Assembly: GCA_951406725.2 (NCBI GenBank)
Contig: OX597823.1
Coordinates: 20,026,001-20,090,000 of the forward strand
From: Octopus vulgaris
Taxonomy: Eukaryota
Reading direction: 5' to 3'
Length of the DNA: 64,000 nucleotides
Shown: positions 54,491-64,000 of the stretch, in pieces
Numbering within the stretch: position 1 is the first letter of the stretch
How the letters are laid out: each line of letters starts with the position of its first letter
Notes under the pieces: generated by a model
The model's database searches: none
The model's input: only the letters and a program-made list of their open reading frames with translations
What the model was told of the DNA's origin: nothing
Made by a program: the position numbers and the translations under genes

Positions 54491-56174
54491 ATCAAGGAAC
54501 GGCCATAATAGGCCGTTCACCCACTAGAAATAACAGCCAAAGCTTCAACCGCAAATAAAAGTTAATTCTGTAAACCAGGAGAAAATTTAAAAAACATTTA
54601 CCCTGTAATTTCTTATACGGTATACCGTTTCATCTGCTGATTAATGGTAAACTAACCTGATTAAATTAAATCAAGCCAATCTTCCACAGGCCATCAGAAT
54701 CTTCAGTAAGAAATAGCCCAAGACGGAGCAGATATTTTCACGAGGCATTTCCGACCTTGCCAAGTATATATCTGACCTAAAATTTTCAAATCGTCGCACT
54801 CGCGCCAAATTTATCGGCAGCAAATAAATATAAGCCGTCGATTCCATTACGGAATTAACCAGAAAATTCATAATTAATCAATATAGGGTGGCAAAAAAAT
54901 TTTGTAGAATTCTTTTGCCACCAGCGGCCTAGTAGGAAAAAATTAAATAGTCATAGACCATTTTTAAGTTCAACATCAAACAATCAAGGAACGGCCATAA
55001 TAGGCCGTTTACCCACTAGAAATAACAGCCAAAGCTTCAACCGCAAATAAAAGTTAATTCTGTAAACCAGGAGAAAATTTAAAAAACATTTACCCTGTAA
55101 TTTCTTATACGGTATACCGTTTCATCTGCTGATTAATGGTAAACTAACCTGATTAAATTAAATCAAGCCAATCTTCCACAGGCCATCAGAATCTTCAGTA
55201 AGAAATAGCCCAAGACGGAGCAGATATTTTCACAAGGCATTTCCGACCTTGCCAAGTTTTCAAATTTTAGTGCGACGATTTGAAAATTTTAGGTCAGATA
55301 TAAACTTGGCAAGGTCGGAAATGCCTCGTGAAAATATCTGCTCCGTCTTGGGCTATTTCTTACTGAAGATTCTGATGGCCTGTGGAAGATTGGCTTGATT
55401 TAATTTAATCAGGTTAGTTTACCATTAATCAGCAGATGAAACGGTATACCATATAAGAAATTACAGGGTAAATGTTTTTTAAATTTTCTCCTGGTTTACA
55501 GAATTAACTTTTATTTGCGGTTGAAGCTTTGGCTGTTATTTCTAGTGGGTGAACGGCCTATTATGACCGTTCCTTGATTGTTTGATGTTGAACTTAAAAA
55601 TGGTCTATGACTATTTAATTTTTTCCTACTAGCCGCTGGTGGCAAAAGAATTCTACAAAATTTTTTTGCCACCCTATATTGATTAATTATGAATTTTCTG
55701 GTTAATTCCGTAATGGAATCGACGGCTTATATTTATTTGCTGCCGATAAATTTGGCGCGAGTGCGACGATTTGAAAATTTTAGGTCAGATATAAACTTGG
55801 CAAGGTCGGAAATGCCTCGTGAAAATATCTGCTCCGTCTTGGGCTATTTCTTACTGAAGATTCTGATGGCCTGTGGAAGATTGGCTTGATTTAATTTAAT
55901 CAGGTTAGTTTACCATTAATCAGCAGATGAAACGGTATACCGTATAAGAAATTACAGGGTAAATGTTTTTTAAATTTTCTCCTGGTTTACAGAATTAACT
56001 TTTATTTGCGGTTGAAGCTTTGGCTGTTATTTCTAGTGGGTGAACGGCCTATTATGGCCGTTCCTTGATTGTTTGATGTTGAACTTAAAAATGGTCTATG
56101 ACTATTTAATTTTTTCCTACTAGGCCGCTGGTGGCAAAAGAATTCTACAAAATTTTTTTGCCACCCTATATTGA

Positions 56175-56179
<5 letters not shown>
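54486..56179. mobile_element. Retrozyme-like / Penelope pLTR-like array: ~492-bp unit, ~1.6 copies minus then ~1.9 copies plus, inside (TA)n
   Basis: Period 492 (54486 to 54978) and 491 (55269 to 55760); inversion junction at ~55260-55269; four hammerheads. Confidence 0.9.
55847..55951 (+). ncRNA. Type I hammerhead ribozyme with long stem II (other copies: 55356-55460 +, 54609-54713 -, 55101-55205 -)
   Basis: tttctta CTGAAGA t tctg..cagat GAAA cggtataccg TA|taagaaa; 7-bp stem I; palindromic stem III ACGGTATACCGT; predicted cut after 55944. Confidence 0.8.
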
Positions 56180-56212
<33 letters not shown>

Positions 56213-56826
56213 CGTGTGTGTGTGTGTATATCAATAATAATAATAATGGGTAAAATTAATCAATTAATAATTAATAATTTTACCAAGTAGTTCGGTATGT
56301 TAAAAGAACCATTATCGGTAAACTTATACAAACGTTCTATAATTATGAGCATAATTATAATTAGGGTTCAGCAAATTGCTGTCTGGGAGTTATCTTATGG
56401 TATTAGAATTGTATTTTAACTTCTATTTCTAAATTTCGGTATGTGGTGAAGCAAATTTTTGCAGAACCCTAATTATAATTATGTTCATAATTATAGAATT
56501 TCATATATATACATACATACATACATACATACATACATACATACATACATACATACATACATACATACATAAATATAAGAGAGTGACCACTATGTGGTTA
56601 ACTCTAGTGCTAAAAATAGCTCCGTTACTGGTATAGCCACAAAAAGATGTTTCCAAGAAGAAATAACACTCTCTTATATTATGTATAAATTTGTATTGTC
56701 TCCCTGGTTTTTATGTGCTAAGCCACTTGGTGTTAAATTGATGGTATTATTAAATTAATATCAAATTTTTCACCCTCATTTATAAATTTATACATACATA
56801 CATATATATATACATACATACATACC

Positions 56827-56925
<99 letters not shown>

Positions 56926-57349
56926 TTGGCCAGAATCACGCCGGACGCGGAGGAGGAGAGAAAATAGTAATTCAGTTAAGAAGTAGTGGGAGTATTAGTC
57001 GTGACTGAGAGGGAGTGAGAGGGAAGTAATAGCAATGAGAGAAAGGAAGGGGTGATAGATGAATAGATGAATAAGGAAGGAAGGAGTGAAAAAAGTCAGA
57101 GTTTCAACTCTGTGTGAGTATACGTGTGTGTATGTGTGCGCGTTTACAAGGGAAGTATGTGAATATTTGTATGCGTGATTGTGTACCGTATTTTGTACCT
57201 TGTATATAAAATGCTACAATTAGCCTTCATTATTGACGGTACGTGGTCAGCTAGTATATTTAGACACGATGAGAGTGAATTAGCTGACGTCCTCACCTCT
57301 GGACTCCTTCGTAAACTACATCATAAGAACTGGGCAGAATAGGAATAGA

Positions 57350-57592
57350 TACTCTTTACTCTTTTACTTGTTTCAGTCATTTGACTGCGGCCATGCTGGA
57401 GCACCGCCTTTAGTCGAGCAAATCGACCCCAGGACTTATTCTTTGTAAGCCTAGTACTTATTCTATCGATCTCTTTTTGCCGAACCGCTAAGTGACGGGG
57501 ACGTAAACACACCAGCATCGGTTGTCAAGCGATGTTGGGACACACACACACACACACATATCTATATATATAACTGAAAGAAGCCCGTCGTA

Positions 57593-57658
<66 letters not shown>

Positions 57659-57821
57659 TATATACGACGGGCTTCTTTCAGTTTCCGTCTACCAAATCCA
57701 CTCACAAGGCTTGGTCGGCCCGAGGCTATAGTAGAAGACACTTGCTCAAGGTGCCGTGCAGTGGGACTGAACCCGGGACCGTGTGGTTGGTAAGCAAGCT
57801 ACTTACCACACAGCCACTCCT
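57350..57821 (-). mobile_element. SINE B
   Basis: Family B with an internal inverted fragment (aactgaaagaagcccgtcg at ~57572). Confidence 0.85.
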
Positions 57822-58400
57822 AATGGTTCGTAATCATATTAATTGGCTTACAGCTGTCTCCACTACAAGGATACTGTACACTCTAAGACAAGTGACAGCA
57901 TGACATCTTATAGCTTCATGACACTGTCACTTAACCCTTAGCGTTCAGTTCCTTGTAACGGAAACAGCTGTAAACCTATGCATGTGATTACACAACTCAT
58001 GTTATTTTGTCATCACTTTACTTATGCGCACGCATGCATGTACACACACACACACATACGAATGCGTGTTTGTATGTATGTATATATATATATGAGAGTG
58101 TATGTATGTTAATATATGTGTGTGTATATAATTATATATAAATATATATACATATATAATTATATATATAAATATGTATATAATTATATTAATATATATA
58201 TATATATATAATCATAAATATAAGTATATATAAATTTATATATAAATATGAATATAAACATATACACACACATATATATACATACATATACATACATATA
58301 TATATAAATATATATACATACATGCATATATATATATACACACCAATATATATATGTATATAAATATATATATATATATATTCACATATACATACATACA

Positions 58401-58495
<95 letters not shown>

Positions 58496-58884
58496 CATAC
58501 AAACACGCACATATGCGCAATGACTGTAACAAGAGATAAAAGAGAATACACAACTGTGATGAAATAAAACAACATAAGAAATATCTTTCCATATTTTTCT
58601 ATGGCTTTCTATGTAAAACGTAAAGCATTTTGTACATTAAGCATTCCATGTAATTGCCATCTCTGCTGTATATAATAATGCCACTGCTATTGTACATATG
58701 GATATTGATGCTGCATATAATAATGCTGTAACTATATTATAACACTGCAACTATTCATAATTGATTGTCCACTTACATGTTACAGCACTCCCACTTTATC
58801 GAATGACTGCTACTATATATAAAACAGCACTGCCACGTTGTATAAGGGTACCATGAGTGCATTGAATGACACTACTGCCATATA

Positions 58885-59679
58885 TAGGATTGGCCAAAAG
58901 TTACCTGACTGTAAATCAAAGCCATTTAATTCCAAGATTTATTTATGTTTAACAACTGAATGGATTTAAAGGCATCTAAATATGAAACATGAAAATTGTT
59001 CAAACTGAAGTCCTTCTTGAGCGACACATTTTTCCATTTGAGTTAATACAGAATTACAGATAGCATTGGGTTGTCCAAAAAGTTCGCGCCGATTTTTAAA
59101 GGAAAGAAAAAGGTCAATAAATACTTGCCATTACATTTTTAATCAACCAAATATGAACCATTTTGTTGCACAATGCGTCTCCATCTTTCCTTTAACTTGA
59201 AAATACCCTCTTCCCAGAATTGAGGTCGTTTCATGGCAAAGAATTCATCAAGGTATCTTTTTACGTCATCCAATGAATAGAAATTTTTACCATTAAGACT
59301 ATTCTGCAGAGACCTGAATAACTGGAAATCCAAAGGAGCAATATCTGGTGAATATGGAGGGTGGGGTGACACATCCCAGCCGAGCTGCAGCAATTTTTGT
59401 CTGGTTCCCAAAGCATCAAGTGCCGAAAATGAACTTTCTTATCTTCCATTTTAAAGGGTTACAGAATTAACACAGGTTATAGGAACATAAACCTTTTTCC
59501 ACGAAAAGATAGCTTGAACTGTGCTCTAAATGGTGGTATAGTCAAATCCTATTTTATGGACTCAACCACGTTCTAGAATAAGTCGAAATATAAGCTACTA
59601 TAAATCGGCACGAACTTTCCGGACAACCCAATATTTATGGAATTTTGATTCACTGTTGGGTGACTTTTGGCCAACCCTG
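58885..59679. mobile_element. Tc1/mariner-type MITE hosting a nested mariner
   Basis: TIR taggattggccaaaagttacc / gggtgacttttggccaaccctg, TA flanks. Confidence 0.75.
59066..59631 (-). mobile_element. Non-autonomous mariner, same deletion derivative as 34470-35026
   Basis: Same TIRs; MEDKKVHFRHLML fused to TRQKLLQLGWDVSPHPPYSPDIAP. Confidence 0.92.
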
Positions 59680-59974
59680 TATGTTTCTGTCTGCAATAGG
59701 CACAAGGCCCGATGTTTGGGGGACGGGCTAGTATATTACATCGACCCCGGTGCGGAACTGGTACTTACTTCATAGACACCCCACTCTCGAAACGGATGAA
59801 AGTCGACTTCGGCGGAAGCTGAACTCGGAACAAAAAAGCGGAAGGAATGCCGCTGAGCAATTTGTCCGATGCTCTAACGAGTTTGCCAGCTCGACGCCTT
59901 GCTATAATATATAAACCTTTCTGTCATAGGCGGAAGACCTGAAATTTGGTAAGACGAGGCTAGTCGATTACATA

Positions 59975-60750
59975 GTTCAAATTCCGCCGAGGTCGACTTT
60001 GCCTTTCATCCTTTCGGGGTTGATAAATTAAGTACCAGTTACGCACTAGGGTCGATATAATCGACTTAATCCGTCTGTCTGTTCTTGTTTCTCTCCTCTG
60101 TGTTTAGCCCCTTGTAGGTAGTAAAGAAATAGGTATTTCGTCTGCCGCTACGTTCTGAGTTCAAATTCCGCCGAGGTCGACTTTGCCTTTCATCCTTTCG
60201 GGGTCGATTAAATAAGTACCAGTTACGCACTGGGTCGATGTAATCGACTTGATCTCTTTGTCTGTCCTTGTTTATCCCCTCTATGTTTAGCCCCTTGTGA
60301 GCAATAAAGAAATAAGAAACGTTAGCACGCCGGGCGAAATGCTTAGCGGTATTTCGTCTGCGTTACGTTGTGAGTTCAAATTCCGCCGAGTTCGACTTTG
60401 CCTTTCATCCTTTCGGGGTCGATTAAATAAGTACCAGTTACGCACTGGGGTCGATGTAATCGACTTAATCTCTTTGTCTGTCCTTGATTATCCCCTCTAT
60501 GTTTAGCCCCTTGTGAGCAATAAAGAAATAAGAAAGGTTAGCACGGCGGGCGAAATGCTTAGTGGTATTTCGTCTGCCGTTATGTTCTGAGTTCTAATTC
60601 CGCCGAGGTCGACTTTGCTTTTCATCCTTTCGGGGTCGATAAATTAAGTACTAGTTACGCACTGGGGTCGATATAATCAACATAATCCCTTTGTCTGTCC
60701 TTGTTTGTCCCCTCTATGTTTAGCCCCTTGTGGGTAGTAAAAAAATAAGA
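59975..60750 (+). mobile_element. Tandem tetramer of SINE A bodies
   Basis: Four successive gttcaaattccgccgag..aaagaaata units. Confidence 0.85.
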
Positions 60751-61345
60751 TTGTCGGATTCGTCCTACATGCGACAATACATGTCCGATATAACTCAACT
60801 AGGCAGCAATGCTCGGACAACGCACGTTTGTGTGCATAAGGTTTTCTGTGTCATGCCAAAAAATAACCTAATATATTACAGCTTGCGAGGTCTGCGAGCT
60901 GGCTGAACCGTTAGCACGCCGGGCAAAATAAATAGCAGCATTTTGTCCATTTCTGAGTTCAAATTCCATCGAAGTCGATTTTACCTTTTATCCTTTCTGG
61001 GTCGATAAAATAAGAACCAGTTGAACACTGGAGTCGATGATATTGAATTAACACCTTCTTCCGAAATTGCTAGCTTTGTGCCAAAATCAAAACCCAATAT
61101 ATTACTGCTTATTGACAGCCAACTCGCACAATGAAAGTCAATGTGGGACAGTATTTGGAAGTACACTTGTAGCATTAATAATTCTTGATATTTTAATTAG
61201 ACATGAGTCAAGCACACGCCCTTTTCTCATTAATTAGACTTCACTTCAATTTATAGCATTTATAGAAATTGTTTACGCTTCAGTTAATACACATTCTGGA
61301 ATTATTTTGTTGAGCCGAACGGATTATGATTATTAATATTTACAA

Positions 61346-61407
<62 letters not shown>

Positions 61408-61416
61408 CTCTGTATG

Positions 61417-61506
<90 letters not shown>

Positions 61507-61536
61507 CATCCATATATATCATAACGCTGTGATACA

Positions 61537-61830
61537 CGATCCCTATTGATCGTTCTTTTCTTCCTCTTCCCTTTTTTTCCCCTTTTTTCTTCTTTTTTCA
61601 TTTCTCTTTCCTTTTGTTCCTTTTCCTTTTCTTTTTTTTCTTTTTATTCTTTTTATTTTATTCAATTTTTTTTTTGTTCTTTTCTTCCCTTTTACGATCC
61701 CTCTTGATCGAAAACCTACGCCACCCCCTTTTTTTTTCTTTTGTTTTTTGTTCTCTTCATCCCCCAAAAGAAAAGCTCTACCTTGTAACTTGTCCCATCT
61801 GTGTGCAGCCCTGTGTGGCCAATAAAGAAA
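61537..61830 (+). mobile_element. Tx1-like LINE, 3' UTR-only copy in (TATC)n
   Basis: Homologous to 62973-63200 (acgatccctattgatc..aaaagctctaccttgta..aataaagaaa). Confidence 0.8.
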
Positions 61831-61885
61831 CTTATCCATCCATCCATCCCTCCATCCCTCCATCCCTCCATCCATCAATCCATCC

Positions 61886-61964
<79 letters not shown>

Positions 61965-61998
61965 CGTCTATCTATCCATCTATCTATCTATCTATCTG

Positions 61999-62082
<84 letters not shown>

Positions 62083-63093
62083 ATGGCACCGCGAGTGTCG
62101 CGTTGCTCTCAAGCAACTCTGCCGTCCTGGGTCGACCTTAAGTGACTTCAACACAACCAAAGCATTCTATAGGGGTTTAGTGGAGGGGAGGTACGACGAC
62201 GAGCTCGGGGCGAACCTGGACGTCGACGAGGAGTACCTGACCCGCCTGTTCAGGACGACTTTCGGGCCAGGGCCCATGGACAACTTCCAGAGATCCCTGG
62301 CCTGGCAGTGCTACCGAGAAGCGCTACCCGTTCGGGATAAGCTCTACAGACACGGCTCGAGAAACACGGGGCCGACCTGCCCGAGATGCGGTCAGAGCGA
62401 CGAAACCGTTCTGCACGCACTCGTTCAGTGTCCAACAATTTCCGACCTGTGGGCTTATGTCGAACAACTGCTGTCACGTGTGGGACGAGTCGGTTTATCA
62501 GCTGAGTCTATCGTCAATATTGTCACGCCTCCTTCCTTCAAACGGGAAGGAAGAGCTATTTTCATCATCCTTGTGGCTATGGCGAAGGAATGTATCTGGT
62601 GGACGCGTCTGAAAGGATTGGAGACAAACACTTTCCTCTCTGGTCAATCTCTCATCAACTTCTTCAAGTACCACTTGAAAAGGAAAGTGAGAGTAGAGAG
62701 GCAAGTTTTGTCTAGCGAATGTTTTAAAAAAAGATGGGTGAATGTAGCAAGAATGGCACGTATGAATGACGAAGCCACCTTGAGCATAGTCCTATGAACC
62801 CAGAAATCGAAAACAGAGAGTTGCTTATTTGCAAAAAAAAAAAAAAAAAAAAGAAATATAAAATGTGACTTCATTGACCGAGGTTACCGTGGTCTTTTCC
62901 GTAGGCTTTTCTTTCCACGGGTAAACCTCACCTGTCCTCCCCTTTACACTTCATATTGACATTTCTGTGATAACGATCCCTATTGATCAATTTTTTTTTT
63001 TTTTTTTTTTTTCCTCTCCCTCTTTTTTTTAACCCCCTTTTTTTTGTCCTCTTTCTCTCCTTTTACGATCCCTGTTGATCGAAACTCCCCCTT

Positions 63094-63132
<39 letters not shown>

Positions 63133-63200
63133 TTGAAAAGAAAAGCTCTACCTTGTAATTTGTTCTATCTGTGTGCAGCCCTGTGTGGCTAATAAAGAAA
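62083..63200 (+). mobile_element. 5'-truncated Tx1-like (L1 group) LINE in (TATC)n
   Basis: ORF2 C-terminus plus T-rich 3' UTR; (TATC)n on both sides. Confidence 0.85.
62180..62797 (+). CDS. LINE ORF2 C-terminal region with zf-RVT-type zinc knuckle (truncated, not a true start)
   Basis: WQCYREALPVRDKLYRHG..CPRCGQSDETVLHALVQC..W; no internal stops. Confidence 0.85.
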   Translation: MEGRYDDELGANLDVDEEYLTRLFRTTFGPGPMDNFQRSLAWQCYREALPVRDKLYRHGSRNTGPTCPRCGQSDETVLHALVQCPTISDLWAYVEQLLSRVGRVGLSAESIVNIVTPPSFKREGRAIFIILVAMAKECIWWTRLKGLETNTFLSGQSLINFFKYHLKRKVRVERQVLSSECFKKRWVNVARMARMNDEATLSIVL

Positions 63201-63216
63201 CATATCTATCTATCCA

Positions 63217-63510
<294 letters not shown>

Positions 63511-63562
63511 CATCCATCCATCCATCCATCCATCCATCCATCCATCCATCCATCTATCTATC

Positions 63563-64000
63563 GAGACCTTTCAACATTGCACGTTCGGTCCGTCAGGGAT
63601 GCCCCCTCTCGGCGCTTCTATACGTATTGACTCTTGAGCCACTACTGCGGAAGCTGGCGACTCTAAGGGGCATCCCGCGAGAATTGGGATGCGGGACGAG
63701 CGTGTCTGCATACGCGGACGACGTCACCGTCATAGTGTCTAGCCACGAGCACATCGAGCTGGTCGGCGAGACACTGAAAAACTACGAAGCGGTGACAGGA
63801 GCGAAAATCAACCGGGAAAAGTCAGTGGGCTTGCGACTAGGCACCTGGAGAAGCAAGCCCATGCCGTCCACCAGCGCCTCCGTCGTGGGACGCTGGACCG
63901 ACGGCCCGGTTGAGTTGCTCGGGGTCTGGTTTGGTCCGGACCTCCAAGTGGAGAAGAACTGGAACGAGATAACGAGTGGGGTGGTCACTCTCGCCCGGCA
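63563..64000 (+). mobile_element. Tx1-like LINE RT region (runs off the window)
   Basis: RSVRQGCPLSALLYVLTLEPLLRKL..SAYADDVTVIVS..YEAVTGAKINREKSVGLRLGTW. Confidence 0.9.

Noticed and set aside
54671-55889. Near-identical 66-aa ORFs on opposite strands
   Set aside because: Consequence of the inverted array; no recognisable protein motif
59975-60750. CRISPR-like regularly spaced repeats
   Set aside because: Units are ~160-240-bp SINE bodies without unique spacers; eukaryotic context, no cas genes

Overview
AT-rich animal genomic DNA that is almost entirely non-coding and saturated with microsatellites ((TA)n, (CA)n, (TATC)n, (TATG)n, (TAG)n). The repeat make-up suggests an octopus or other coleoid cephalopod (inference). 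Nearly all ORFs in the supplied track are translated microsatellites or SINEs. Recognisable content: at least 4 families of tRNA-headed SINEs, decayed Tc1/mariner transposons (some nested), a hAT MITE, non-autonomous Helitrons, LINE fragments (R4/Dong-like, CR1/L2/Jockey-like, Tx1-like) and Penelope-like RT and GIY-YIG remnants. The main hidden signal is a set of about 20 type I hammerhead-ribozyme motifs, several intact and many degenerate, with the layout stem I - CUGANGA - stem II - GAAA - palindromic stem III - UH - stem I'. They lie in short non-coding units, mostly embedded in (TA)n tracts and often arranged as palindromes or tandem/inverted arrays. The clearest case is a ~492-bp unit array at 54486-56179 that resembles a retrozyme or Penelope pseudo-LTR system. 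Two further signals: a Tx1-like LINE stacked three times in one (TATC)n tract, whose 3' tail is shared with SINE family A, and two weak candidate exons of a minus-strand host gene. All calls were made by eye, without alignment or folding software.
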